Positions 1-13,278 of a stretch of 64,000 nt of DNA are shown one piece after another; within the stretch, counting starts at the first letter, position 1; each line of letters starts with the position of its first letter. The stretch is from Catajapyx aquilonaris. Taxonomy: Eukaryota. The stretch covers positions 62,001-126,000 of the forward strand of contig KZ537962.1 of assembly GCA_000934665.2 (NCBI GenBank), written 5' to 3'. Both the position numbers and the translations under genes were made by a program. Below the pieces are notes generated by a model that was not told the DNA's origin, did not search any database, and worked only from the letters and a program-made list of their open reading frames with translations.

Positions 1-196
1 TTTCGTCTGAAACTGTTTGTGAATTTCAAGAACTTGAATGTTGCAAAGTAGAGCAAAAATATGGCACAAAATATAGCATCGACAATGTCCTTGGTATGGA
101 CTCGCCAACTCTCTCAAAAAATTACAGAATTTAAAAAATAACAATAACAAAAAGTCAACAAAAAAACAAAACAAAAAATATCGATCAAGTGCGGAG

Positions 197-221
197 GGTC
201 ACGTGATCAGGACACGTGACC
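197..221. promoter_or_regulatory. Paired CACGTG E-boxes (CLEAR/USF-type) just upstream of the NOMO ATG
   Basis: GGTCACGTG (197-205) and CACGTGACC (213-221) form a perfect 9-bp inverted repeat with a 7-bp spacer, ending 11 nt before the ATG at 233. Confidence 0.55.
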
Positions 222-232
222 GTCCAGCAAAG

Positions 233-3200
233 ATGGCGGCGTCCGAGTCGGCGAGTGCGGCCAGGATGCACCGCATTTTGCTTCTCCTCCTGGCCATAAC
301 CGCAGCCAGTGTGGGTCCCACTGGAGCCGACGACATCCTGGGCTGCGGGGGATTCGTCAAGAGCGACATTGACCTCGATTTCGTACGGGTCGAGATCAAA
401 CTGTAAGAACAACGCCGACACTCTTTTTTGCGGGTAGTGTTTCGGAGGGAATCGCAACTGTTCTATCCATTCGCAAGTCTGGGCCTTTTAAATAGGCCTA
501 CCCGTTGGCTGAGGCCAAAAATAACGAGAACCACTCGCATTGTTGGGATGGTGTATATGTCCCTGATACATGATGTGATTAGAATTTGTGATTGCGTAAT
601 TCACCATGAGGTAGTTATTTTCGGATCATTATGTTGTTGCCCCTCCCCCCAATGCTCCAGTTGCTTTTAGTAACACAGTATAATTCATTCCAGGTTCACC
701 AAACAGGGGAGTCTGAAGTACCAGACTGACTGTGCCCCAAACAACGGCTACTATTTCCTTCCTCTGTATGACAAAGGCGAGTACATCCTTCGCGTGTCCC
801 CTCCGGATGGATGGACCTTTGATCCTGCGGAGGTCCCTCTCAAAATAGATGGCTCCACTGACCCCTGCAGTAGGGGACAGGACGTCAATTTTGTCTTTCG
901 GGGATTCTCTATGACTGGACAAGTCCTCAGCCATGGTCTGGACTCAGGCCCAGAAGGTGTGCCAGTATTTTTGATGCAGAAGGGTGCCACACTAGCAAAG
1001 ACAACAACCGGACCTGATGGCCAGTACAGCTTTGAAAAGATCATGCCTGGATCCTATGAGGTCAGGGTAGATCCACCTACTGGCTGGAAGATGATGCGGG
1101 CCAAGGCAGATGTGCACGTAAAGCGTGACAATGGGAAGGCAGTGGACCCCATTGTTGTTGCTGGATACGAAGTGTCTGGTCAAGTCGCTAGTGACGATGA
1201 ACCTGTACAAGGAGTGCAGTTTGTGTTGTTTAGCACTGATGGCCATGACCGCAAAGTGGATGGATGCAACAAAGCTCTTTTGACTGGATTCGTGCCTCCT
1301 AAAGACAAAGGAAAGCTGCTGTGCCACGTGTCTTCGAAAGCATCTGGCACCTTCACCTTTCCATCTGTTCCACCTGGAAGCTACAGGATCATACCATTCT
1401 ACAATTCTGAGCACATACGATTTGATGTGGCACCAACTGAGGTGGACTTTCAGGTCACCCATCATACTATTGACCTGCCCAGCAAGTTTCAGGTATGTGG
1501 TTTGATGCGAAAAATTGTTCAATTAATGCAACCATTGTGTAGGGATGTATCAAAGGTTACTTTATTCCTAGGTTACCACAGTTGCTGCTGCCCCTGTTTC
1601 AGAAATTCAGGTTTCTCTTTTCCCAGCTCTCAAACTTTGTACTGTAAGCGTGATTGGTCACAGAAAAACCTTATAACAGAAATGTGACTTCCAAGGTGAA
1701 ATTGAGCACTGCTTGATCCAATTGTGTGTATAAAAAGTCACCAGAAGCTTTGTGATATCTGTTGGCACCGAATTTGTGTGAAAATTTAATTTTGCCGAAC
1801 AGATTAGCTGTTTGTAACAGTAAACTACCATTTTCTGTATGACTAATATAACTTTGTTAATGTTATACTACACCATTAATTCTGGTGCCACTTCATTAAC
1901 ACACTCACTGCTGTTAAGCCTTTTGTTCAGAGTGTCTCTGGTCAAAAAGATTGCTACCAGCATAATCTTTTGCCATAATAATAAGTCTAAAATGTTGGTG
2001 TGAGAAATGTGGACGAGCAACTAGCAGTAGTTCTTGTGTTTGTTACTATATGACAACTAAAACTCTCCTGCAGTTGCTTTTGCATCATATCTGATAAGCT
2101 TATGCTTTTTCAGGTGAAAGGTTTTGCAGTGAGTGGCAAGGTGACATACTGTCAAGGATGCCGTGGAGTGCCTGGTGCTCGTATCTACCTGGATGGGAAG
2201 GAGGCTGCCCAAACAGACAAAGATGGCTTGTACCACTTGGAGAACATGCGTGCAGGGACCTACTCCCTTCTTGTACAACCGTCATCTGGTGATGTCCGCT
2301 TTGAAGAGACAAAAGTGAAGATTGCCCCAAGCAGTCCCTCCATACCTGGAGTAACTGCCTCACATTTTCAAGTATGTGGTGAGGTACAGGAAGAGTCATC
2401 AGTTCGGAGAAAGGTAGTACTGAAAGATGAGCTAGGCAATGAGAGATCAGCTGACGCAGAAAATGGTCGCTTTTGTTTGTTTGTGGCACCTGGGAAATAC
2501 GATGTGAGGGTTGCAGTGTCACCTCAAGAAGAGGCCCGTGGTGTGCGATTTTCACCAGTATCAGTTCGTCTGGAAGTGAAGGACCGGCCTGTTAACAGCA
2601 TACGATTTGGGCAGCTCAAAGCAGTCGTGCGTGGATCTGTCACATGTCTGGATGGTTGTACTGGTGTTAAAGTGACACTACATGGATCATCAGTGGAGGT
2701 GGATAAATCAGGACGGTTTGAATTTAAGGATGTGTTGCCTGGCAAGTACGAGGCAACTGTGCATAAGGACGATTGGTGCTGGGAGAAGGAAACAGTGCCA
2801 GTGACTGTTTCTTCAGCTGTCATTGACAACATCAACTTTCGCCAGAATGGTTTTGCCATTACACTGTCATCAACACACGACACACTGATTAAGTATGAGG
2901 CAAATGGCAAGTCTGGTGAGGCATCTGCTACCCCTGGAGGCACGCGAACATGCCTTCCACATCCTGGAATCTATCAGTTTGCTCCTGTTGGCTGTCACAC
3001 TTTTGCTGAGCCAGTCATCAAGTATGACACATCCGCCCCACGTCCAGTACGCTTCACTGCTATGGCTCACTTGGTGTCTGGTCATGTCTCAGCCACTGAA
3101 CAAGTGCCTGGCTTACACATATTGGTCAAGTCAGGTGGGCGAGAAGCTATTAAAGTTGATGCCAAACTTGACAAGGACCACATGTATCGTTTTGAGTTTT

Positions 3201-4895
3201 ATGCCAAGCCAAATGAGCAGCTGGAGTTTGTGCCAGTGGGAGACAAATTTTTGTTTGAGCCTGCCCGAATTGGGTTGACATCAAGGGATGAGTGCATGCC
3301 AAATGCTGTCCGCTTCCAGGCCAGAAGAGGGAAGTTTATATCTGGGCGTATCACACCAGCCTTGTCAGGTGTGACTGTGACCATAACAAGTGACGGGTTA
3401 GAAGAGCCTATTGTGATCCAGACTGATGCAGAGGGCAAGTATAGCGTTGGGCCACTCCGAGGAGAGTTCAAGTATAGGGTTGAGGCTGAGAAGAAGGGCT
3501 ATGTGTTGCAGAAGAGGGAGTCTGGACAAGACTTTAGTGCACAAAAGCTTGGAGAGGTGTCTGTTGCTGTGGTGGATGAAGCAGGCACACCTCTGCAAGG
3601 AGTGCTACTGTCTCTATCTGGTGGGAACAACTACAGGCAGAACAGCCAGACCAAGGCTGACGGACGAATGGTATTTGGATCCCTCAGTCCTGGGGATTAC
3701 TTCCTCAAGCCGATCCTTAAGGAGTACTTGTTTGAGCCTGGCTCTCAGATGCTCAAGGTAATATTTTGTGTAGCATTTAAGGGTTGTGGTTGTTATAAGA
3801 GAAGCATATTTTTAAATTTTCTTTTACCTTTCAGGTAATGGAAGTTGAATCAGTCGAAGTGAAGTTGGTTGGCAAGCGAGTGGCATTCAGCTGTTTGGGT
3901 ACCATTACTTCTGTGACTGGAGAGCCTGAACCTGGAGTGCTGCTGGAGGCAGTGGGTCAAGGAAAATGTGCCCACTACCAAGAGGAGGCATCTAGCGAGC
4001 AGGAGGGTGCCTTCCGAATCAGGGGATTGGTTCCAGGGTGCCAGTATTCCCTCCGTCTGAAGGAGACAGACTCCCCACAGCACGTAGAGAGACTGGCTCC
4101 TGCCCATTACAACCTGACTGTGCACTCGCAGGATGTGCATGGTGTACGCCTAGTGGCTTTTAGACCTTTCCTCCAGGTAGATGTTACTGGGAATGTGGAG
4201 ACCAGCCCAGAGTTCCTGAAGGGATTGCGTGTCAGGCTGTTCCAAGAGGGATCCCCAGATTCACCCTTGCACCTCATCAAGTTGGACCAGAGTCCCTTCT
4301 TTCTGTTCCCCCCTGTACCCTTGGACCACAAGACATACATAGTGCAGCTTGACTCATCCCTGCCTCGCAACCAGTACAGGTGAGTACATGGACATGGCAC
4401 TGAGATCAGCGTCTATTGCAGGTTATACAAAAAATTAATCAACTCCTAAACTGCTAGTTCTATTCAAGTACCAGCATGAGAGTTATATGAAGGACGTTTC
4501 AAAATAATTTATGTAAGTACTAAATAACTATGTGGACCTCTATTTACAATAGGTGGGAGATGCCAGAGACAAGCTTCAAGGCTAATTGGACATACAAGCA
4601 TGTGTCGCTCAAGTTTCAACCACAATTGAAGTCCCTAGACCAAGAACTTGGAAGGGGATCATACCTGACTTTGCCCTTGCTAGTCATGCTGGTTGTTCTG
4701 GGGGTGAACCACCAGAGATCTCTCAAAGCACTCCAGGAAGCTAGGAGAGCATTACAGGGAGTGCTGAATGGAGCAGCAGCAGCTGCTGCCACAGCAGCCT
4801 CAGCAGCCAGGAACGAGAGAGGGGGAGGAGAAGAGCCAGCTCCTGTGGTGGTGGAACCAGTTTCAAGGAGAAAAGTCAAGCCAAGGAAGACATAG
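233..4895 (+). CDS. NOMO: Nodal modulator (NOMO), BOS complex subunit; 5 exons, ~1166 aa
   Basis: Exons 233-402, 694-1492, 2114-3757, 3835-4379, 4553-4895; all GT-AG and in frame (3501 nt). Signal peptide, then DDILGCGGFVKSDIDLDFVRVEIKL/FTKQGSLKYQTDCAPNNGYYFLPLYDKGEY, characteristic of NOMO1-3. Repeated beta-sandwich segments, one C-terminal TM helix (YLTLPLLVMLVVLGV) and a basic tail. Confidence 0.96.
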
Positions 4896-5787
4896 TGCTG
4901 TGAATTGTCATGTTTTCTTGTGTGGACTTACGTTTGTTACTGAATTTGATTAAATCATTTTGTTAGATTTTGTTAGATTTCAATATTCCTTCCACCTTAA
5001 TTATAAAAATGATACACACTGTACTCCCGATTATATCCAGGCCATGATCCAGGTATTGAATGCATGGGTGTCGCCAGATAATCGGAAATTAATGTTGCGC
5101 CATACTGTACATTTAGTTTGGGAGCAACACTGCACTCTGACATTAGAAGTAATAATTATAGAGGGGATTATCTGTGCATACAGAATAAGTACATTGATTT
5201 GGAAATTCTAGTAAGGCCAGCCTCGTCATTTAGGCAGCATATGCACTGTAGCAACACTACTTGGCGCATAATTACCACAGAGCTCGTAATTCATATTATA
5301 ATTGGAAAGGGGGTCAAGTATCTGCATTGGCAAAGAGAAGTGTGAGGCTAGCCTTTTTTGTTGTCTTACAGAGCTGATTATGTACAGTAACCTTCATGAG
5401 AGCTTTCACTGCGTGGTACCGTAACTGTACTATTGTGTACAGTGCATTGGGATTATTCTGTTTCATCACAAATATCTTTTTGGGAAATGGCACGCTAATG
5501 TTGGTGGTGGACACTGGCGGGGAGGGATATAATTTTTGGATTTTGTATCAGAAAAGGAAAGAAAAGATTATGATAATATAGTAACATCCTGCTAATGTTA
5601 CGTGCTGAAATGCAGGGTCTAATAATAATGGGCCATTTGGCTACCATTCGTTGCTTGAGCACGACTTTAAAATTAACCAATTTTCCGCGTTGCGCATGGG
5701 GGAGGAGGGGAGACAGGGGAGAGGAAGGCGTGGTGGGGGAGGCCTTGGTGGCATGAGTAGCCCCTGGCATCGCGATGTTCCCAACGA

Positions 5788-5859
5788 TCCGGTATGGTCT
5801 AGTGGTTAGGATACCCGGCTCTCACCCGGGAGGCCCGGGTTCGGTTCCCGGTACCGGAA
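5788..5859 (+). tRNA. tRNA-Glu-CTC: tRNA-Glu, anticodon CTC (A58G variant)
   Basis: Acceptor stem TCCGGTA/TACCGGA; D arm with A-box TGGTCTAGTGG; anticodon stem CCCGG/CCGGG with CTC at 5821-5823; T stem CCGGG/CCCGG; discriminator A. The T-loop reads TTCGGTT instead of TTCGATT. Confidence 0.93.
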
Positions 5860-5860
5860 C

Positions 5861-5868
5861 TTTTTTTT
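5861..5868 (+). terminator. RNA polymerase III terminator (T-run)
   Basis: T8 immediately 3' of the tRNA. Confidence 0.8.
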
Positions 5869-8212
5869 CTTTATTTTTTTTCCTTCTTCTTTTTTGTATT
5901 ATTGTCATCGCCACTTTCTTTGCTCTATCCTGGTCCACCATTGATGTTTTAATGCTTTTGTAATTTTCTTAACTTTTTAAGTTTCAAGGCCAAAGTGAGT
6001 CCACTGTGTTGTAGCCCGCCTATACGTCGGAGTCGACTATAATAATAATTTACTCAACAGCATTACTCATTTTTCTCGTTCCCTACTGAACTGCTATAAA
6101 GGCTATACGTAGCTATTTTTAAAATAACCAGTTTCAGTTAACTGCAGGGTTTCTATACAGTGCACTAACCAGATATATATTCCAAATTCAGGATGCAAGT
6201 CACTGATGGCCTTATTAAAAGTCGCAGTTTGTTTATTACACTTTACAGGGATGATGTCTGTATTGAATTGCGGCGAAACCTATAATAGATTTTTAAATGT
6301 TTCATATTTTCAAACTGGTTACTAATCTATGTACTGTACTTCGAACATACCCCTCAAGCATTGATAACCCAACCTACCGGAATATTATCCGCCATGAAGC
6401 AATTGAGACAAAAGGTAGGATAATAAAAAGTGCTTCCCATAAAGGCATAACCTCAACAACGCAACACTTCCATTCATAAATCGATTTTTGCCAGGAAAAA
6501 GGATGCCTTCCAGGAAGTATCACACCACCTTCTGGTATATTGTTGCCTCATTATAGAAAATCGAAATGCATTTATCTCGATGACTAAGCAACCCTATACG
6601 GAAAGGTGACCGACATAATCAAAAATAAGCGCGGAGAAAGTTGTACACCTTACACATGCGAGACAGATACTTGATCCCTATAATGATCTCGGATCATCGC
6701 TGAAGTATGAAATGTAGGAATCTAGCACACGATTCAAGACTATTACGTGTAAAAGAAGGTGGCGGGAAAAACAACGCCATCCTTTTTAATTGTAGCACCC
6801 TTTTTGGGTGAGAATCCCCATAAGAAAAGGATACCGTAAGAAGAGGCTCATGCTTCTGCATCGTGTGTGTGTTCCTTCTTCCGTGTCAAAAAGGACATGG
6901 GTCACCATCGGGATACGCATTATCCGTGGCATGAATGGAGTCCTTCTCGCCTTTTGTAAGTTTGCCTGTCAGTTGGCCCGGAAAAAAGGGGGTCTTCACC
7001 TCTTAGTCCATTTTATTATGAAAAAACGGACACGATTTTTTTTTTTCTCTCCTCCAACCTTATGAAAGATGGGAAAGGAAATTTCGTGAAAGCTGAAGGA
7101 GGTCTGTCCACTTCCCCTGGAAGAAGCAACAGCCACTGGAGAAGGTTCCGTCTCCTCCATTGGTGGGGGACCTTGTGTCGGTGGGGCATGACGTCAAGGA
7201 CTCATTTGCATGGGGATCCTTTGGTTCTTTTCGCGGATTCCAAGCAGTTTGACCTGTCAAGTGGAAGGGTGAAGGTTCACATCCGCTACTGTGTCTAAAA
7301 GAAGGGTTAGTATGTATTCTGTTTGGTGGTAAAGGTTACGGGCATTTAGTTCCGAACGTGCTCCATTGTACTCGTATCTACGATGTGTATACAGATAAGT
7401 ATGTAAACAATGGAAGTTCAGAACTGAACGCTTTGGTTTACTAGAATTTTGGAGATATCTAGTAATTTTCATGCGAGATAATTACTGTAATACAGTGAGT
7501 TCTCATGTCATTCTGAGATTTTTTGCACTCTTGACCTATCCACAATCGGAGTTTTTTTTATTCGTGTATGGTGAAAGCAAAAGTGGAACTTGCCATCTGA
7601 TTTCCGTTCAATCACAAAAAAAAATGTTTGATGTGGATTTATTCCAAAAGAAAATTAGGTATTGATTTTGTTAGAAACCACTCTCTCTTCGAAAGTTAGC
7701 GAAAAGTTAGTTATCATCACATGCGACTATTATTTAAAAATCGTTGCAATGATTTGTCATCAGGGATGCAGCATATTTGGAGAAAGCTCAGCCTCTCCCA
7801 CTTTTTGCGGTGTAAGTTCTTTTTCTCTGCACTTTTTCCAACGATTCACAACACGAATGATGTCCGCAGGGAATTTACAACAAGAGCATAGCAAGTCAAG
7901 CTTCTTGTGCGTTTGACATACCGCGCTTTCGCTTTTACATGTACTTGTCATTTACATGCCGGAATTTAACAAGTGCGAATCGGGTCATGAGGTATTTAAA
8001 ATACAATCATGCAATAAATGGGCACCGCATGACCCGTGTCCATACGTTATCGGATTTAGAATCCAATCAGGAAACACAGGCTTCCAAACATGAATACACG
8101 TGCCTGAAAAGTCATTATTACCTTACCTGATACCAGAGGATTATCCTTACGTTAGCAAAAAACAGCAGCAAAAAACTGGAAGACCATCTTTAGGTCGAGA
8201 ATGTGCGTAGCC

Positions 8213-8240
8213 TATAAAACGACCCCGAAATTCTTCCAGT
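8213..8240 (+). promoter_or_regulatory. Core promoter of gene A (TATA + Inr-like)
   Basis: TATAAAA at 8213-8219, CCAGT at 8236-8240, ATG at 8267. Confidence 0.55.
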
Positions 8241-8266
8241 GTGCGTGAAGACACGAATTTGAACAG

Positions 8267-9091
8267 ATGAGGGTCCTCCTGGTTCTTCTGCCTCTTTGGT
8301 GCTATGTGTCCACCACCAATGCAGCCACATACCTAAACATGGCCAGCCTGCCGTCAGTGCCCGTCAGAGAAATTAAGGAAGGCAACAACGGATTGGGCCA
8401 ATCATATGGTAAGTCCTTGACCTTGTGAACTCTCGGGAGCCTCTGAATTATTTAGGGGTCATTACAGCCCCTGCTTCATGGAAACGTCTTGCAGCCATGG
8501 TTCCAGCACTGGCGGACATCGTTGCTTACGGCCTGAACGTCCTATTCATGATGGCCATGGGAGGGGTGGCCCTGATGGCAGTTGGACCCATCATGGCCCT
8601 GGCAAGGTCCACCTCCTTGTTCTCCACCAAGAGTAGGATGGAAGGTGATGGCAACGATCTGGCTGAAAACGAATCCCTCATTACCAGAGTATGGAACGGG
8701 TGAGTTGGGTACATTGATGCTTCAGGCATTGTTTAGTACCGTTTGTACGTATCTTCAGGATGGATCTGGTGGAGAGCACTTTCAGTGCCCTGCGGGTGCG
8801 ATCGGATGGATGTCGTCGAAGAGTGGCCTGCGAGGTGGCCAAAGAGAGCGAGAAGAGTTTCTGGATGGGAATGGCACTGGGTTGGCTCAGGTGAGATTCC
8901 TAATTTCAATGTCAAAATGTATTTTAAATCTGTTCATTTATATATTTAACTTATTACGTTGTAGGAATCGACTGGAGAGGAAGGACAACTACAGGGACGC
9001 TGTAGAAGCAGGAATGAGAAAATCTGATTGCATCCAACAGTTTCCAGATTGCTCGTACACGTTTGCGGACACCATAAAACTTAGAGGATGA
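8267..9091 (+). CDS. Gene A: signal peptide + TM-like segment + DM4/DM12-like Cys domain, ~210 aa
   Basis: Exons 8267-8408, 8468-8699 (alternative in-phase acceptor at 8456), 8759-8890, 8965-9091; 633 nt in frame. MRVLLVLLPLWCYVSTTNA; hydrophobic IVAYGLNVLFMMAMGGVALMAVGPIMALA; DGCRRRVACEVA; YRDAVEAGMRKSDCIQQFPDCSY. Confidence 0.85.
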
Positions 9092-9691
9092 TAATTTAAA
9101 GATAGCTAAATCATTTCCTTAAAGTATTTAAAGATATTCAAATGAATCGGGTCGGTGCATTCCATTTCGACCTTTCATCCTTATGACTGTGAAATCAAGT
9201 TTTTTTAGCGTCACATTTTCGTGCAGTGTGTAGTGTTATGGACTGAAACTCCAATGACCGACTTTTCCGACTTTGACTAGACCAAATAGACAACTTGATG
9301 CCGCTGGCATTTTTTTTTTCAATGAATAGTACAATCCACAACCACAGAGTAGAACCTCAGGTTATTTTTAATGAACACCTTACATTGACAGACGTGGCAT
9401 TATTTCATAATATGCAATGGACCTCGTTTGTACATAGTAATATTAAACAATATTATGAGTTTTATGTTTATGTTTATGAGGAAAATAAATGAATTTTAAG
9501 CATATAGTGTGAATGCATATCAGTTTCATTATTTTTTGTCACATTCAGATTTTAGATTTAGGTTGTCATGAAATCCCATAATCCCAAACCAAACATATTC
9601 CTACACCAGCTGAGAACAAATCTGGCAACCACGTTTCCCACTGGAATTCATATATTTCCTCCCTGTCAGCAGACCAAAATTCAGTCCTGTA

Positions 9692-10875
9692 ATGGCCATG
9701 GTACTACTCCGTTATTGCTTGCTGCCTATCACTATTCTAGTTCTCCTACTCAGCCTCACCTCGTTGGTCAGTACACAAGACATTGACGAAGACGAAGAGC
9801 CACCTCGGAGATTTGTCCAACCTGTGAATGTCGGTCTGGATTTCACCTTGCCCTTTGACATCTCCAACACCCTGAGGACAGTACTGGGAGGTCCCGTGTC
9901 CGTCCTAGTGGCCATCGCCTTGGGACTGGTGCTTCTGATGGGCATCCTCAATGTGCCTCTTGGACTTATCCTCGGTTGGCGAGGCATAGGAAGAGGTGGT
10001 CGAAATTCTAGGTAGGCACTGACACAAGACAACATATTGCATATTTTGCATATTTTCATTTTGCAGATGCGAAGAAGTTCATTGGAGCCGATCCCTCGAA
10101 GATTTGCAATTTGAAGATGCGTTCTTGTTTTGGAAGGATAAATCAGAGGAGTGCAGACAAAAAGTAGTGTGCCACGCCCATTCAGTCTTGGTACAAGCAC
10201 CGGCCCTTTTTCAGACAGCATTTCGACTTGTTAGGTAAGTGGCATGCGACGCTTCTAGTTTCGTTTTCACTCCTTGCAATATTTGCCAGACAGATACAGT
10301 TTCACTTCCATTTTTTCCTCTTGTGTGATTGATGTGGGAACAGATTTTTTTTACCTGGTGTAGGTCACTTTCTGTGCATCTTTTTCATGTGGTGTAGAAA
10401 GCAGTTTTATTATTTTCTCTTTTTTTGTCAAAAATAATTATTACTATCACCTACCTCAATTTATTATTGTTGCTGGTACTGGCCATCAAAACAATATTGA
10501 AAGACCCAAGATGTGGGCTACTAGTGCATTAATTTAATCGACCTCATAATGTGACCTCTCCAACTTCACCATCACTGACCTCCTTATTGACCTGGAAAAA
10601 AAACCACTCTTACTCCTTTGACCCTTGCTTCCTCAAGTCCAAAGATCAGAAATGCTGCTGCCTACAAGGAGGCCATTGTGTTCGGCCTTCGAAGAGGAGA
10701 CTGCGAGAGGAGGTTCTGGCGATGTACCAAGTCGCTTATTGACCTCCTGCCCCAAGTCACCTGCTGGAAGAAGATTCTCCAACCGTTCACTGTCAAACTG
10801 TGGGAAAAGAAGAGAGTCGCCAAGACCAAGAGGAAGAGACATTCCAGGTCGTCCACAGATAGAAGCGAGCTGTGA
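9692..10875 (+). CDS. Gene B: signal peptide + TM + DM4/DM12-like Cys domain, ~241 aa
   Basis: Exons 9692-10011, 10067-10234, 10638-10875; 726 nt in frame, both introns phase 2. TCAGT Inr at 9681. Signal MAMVLLRYCLLPITILVLLLSLTSLVST; TM VSVLVAIALGLVLLMGILNVPLGLILG; EECRQKVVCHAH; YKEAIVFGLRRGDCERRFWRCTKSL; basic tail. Confidence 0.85.
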
Positions 10876-11733
10876 ACTGTACTGTAGTACACTTTCAATT
10901 ATTCCAGAGGTCATGAACTCCAGGTTGGCTGACCAGATGTGTTTACGGTTCGTTTTCATTTGAAGAGCGTGTCAATGGTAAATCATGTGTTTTGCACCTG
11001 TGACACCACCCGTTGCGCTATAACTTCTAAATAACTGGACCCCATGGAACGAAACCTGTCTTACCTCACTGTACCTTGAATTTATTTAAGACATGTCATC
11101 ATGGGGAGGAAAAACACTGATTATTTTTTTTCATCAAAACACTTTGCTGTAATTCCAGCGAATCACTGACCGTGAAATGAATGTTATTGTATTACTGTCG
11201 GAAAGGCGTTACGTGCAACTTCTGGTGGGCACTGGACCATCCCGCAGCCTACAGACGCATTAAAAGTCATTGAAATCATTAATTTCTATCCATGCTCAAA
11301 ATTTGACTCTCGAAAAGAATACTGGCATATAATTACCTGCATTGACGAAGCAATCAACTAATTATGAAAATTTCTAGAAATATTTTGATTACGTCAGTAG
11401 TAATTATATGTTGGTCGTGAGTGGTTATTGTTATAATAATATTATACCGCATACCATGAATTTCAAAGTTATAGCATCTATTCCTGGTTATATAGCCATG
11501 CTCCGCGCATTCACTGCACGACTGCACACTAAAACCTAATCAGTAATGAGAGTATGAGCTCCGAATAAACTTGCTCAACAAGTTGCTTGTGTGCACTTGT
11601 AATTTGGCGCTTCTCCAGCCAAACCTGCCTTGATAGAATTCTTGTAAAAACCCTACTTGTACGTACAACCTGAACAAAATAAACACGTGATTTTCAATTT
11701 CATATTCTATAGTTGGATTGCCTCTCGCTTACC

Positions 11734-11734
<1 letters not shown>

Positions 11735-11806
<72 letters not shown>
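11735..11806. repeat. (ATA)24 microsatellite
   Basis: Perfect trinucleotide run; it explains the poly-Ile and poly-Leu ORFs in the track. Confidence 0.98.
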
Positions 11807-11808
<2 letters not shown>

Positions 11809-13278
11809 GTTCCGGGGATCCCCGCCCCCTCCAGAGGGAGGCGCTGCTGACTGTCCAGTTTGAATGTGTTCAGTGCACACGTATATGTAAATGAATGTCC
11901 ATTTCTGGCCTCTGGGTGTGACACTAAATGATGCCAAAGTGAATTTCATATGCCATTTATTGTGAAATCTGACACTTTTAGTTTAGCAAGTTTCATCATG
12001 ACATGCTTCAGATGGTTTCATAACACTCTGTATGATTACAGATGATCTTGCAAAGCGTTACTTCACTTGAGGAGGTGTCTAAAATGCCTTTCATATTGGT
12101 TTTATGTTTTGTTGACAGAGCTCCACTTTCCTGTTGCACTGTGTGTATGTAATATAATTTGTGAATTAAGTTCAGTGGACGCATATGTGGACACTTTTCT
12201 GCCCAACTTTTCCAAGTTTTGCAAATGTTACACAATATGCAGTGCAACAGAAAAGTGGCGCCTGGCAAAATAAATACAAATCTTTGATTGGTCATTTTGG
12301 AATGCAGCTGTCCTATTCTGGAATTATGCCATCTGTAAGCAAATGAAAAGTGTAGTAGCCCATGTGTGATATTTTCAGTGACCTTAAATTCCTAATGAGG
12401 CTTATATCCCTCTCGTAACTCAAATGTCATATTTACATAATATTACTCTACCGATGCCAAGAGTTGCATAATTGAACAGAGTACTTGATTAAACATACAT
12501 TAATTACTCTTGCAGTTCTGTTAAATGATCTAATTGAAAGTTTGATTTTCATTTCTTATTGTATTTACAGTCACAAACTTCACATGACCAAAGTGTAAAA
12601 ATGTGGAAAGGGAGAAAGAGTTTTTGGGAACTCTGCAACCACAGTAATAACACCAAGATTAGTGCGTAATTATGGGCTGCCCCAGACCTGACCACCAGAA
12701 GAGATCAACAAAGGTATATGTATAAAATTATTACTTTAAATTATTGGGCACTGATGGTGGGCTGACAGGTAACTGGGTAATTAAGTCTGATGTCACAAAA
12801 ATATATTGCACTGATTTTGCAAGTAATTGCCATCACCTGCACAACTGCGATGGCCTTTGCATTGGTAATGCTTTCTAAGAGGTCTTGAAGGGAATCATTA
12901 TTGATATGACAATATGAAGTACAACATTACTGTGATAAAACAGCTTAAACATAAAAACCTCACGCAGTCAGAAGGTATTTACTAATGTTTACATGCGCGT
13001 ACAAGAAAATACAAAATGCAGAAATCATGATATGGTTATTGAATGTTGCACTGTTGCATGCACTACCATGAAAGAAATATTTAATAGTGATTTCAGAGCT
13101 TAAATCAAAAGTCACTGTCACATTTGAGAGGCATTCATTATGTGGGGTGTGATCAAAGTAGCCGTCCAAGGATTTCAGATTGCAATGCAACCTGTAGTTC
13201 ACAAGTGAATGCAAGGGTTTACAGTGTGTCTTCTACTGGCAGTAGTCGTCATGGGCCTCCCCCATGACGGTGCCTAGG

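Noticed and set aside
185..4953. Many overlapping antisense or alternative-frame ORFs across NOMO
   Set aside because: Shadows of the long coding exons, with no motifs of their own.
5696..5750. G-rich tract upstream of the tRNA (possible G-quadruplex)
   Set aside because: Irregular G-runs; no evidence beyond composition.
11657..11949. Poly-Ile and poly-Leu ORFs
   Set aside because: Translations of the (ATA)n microsatellite.
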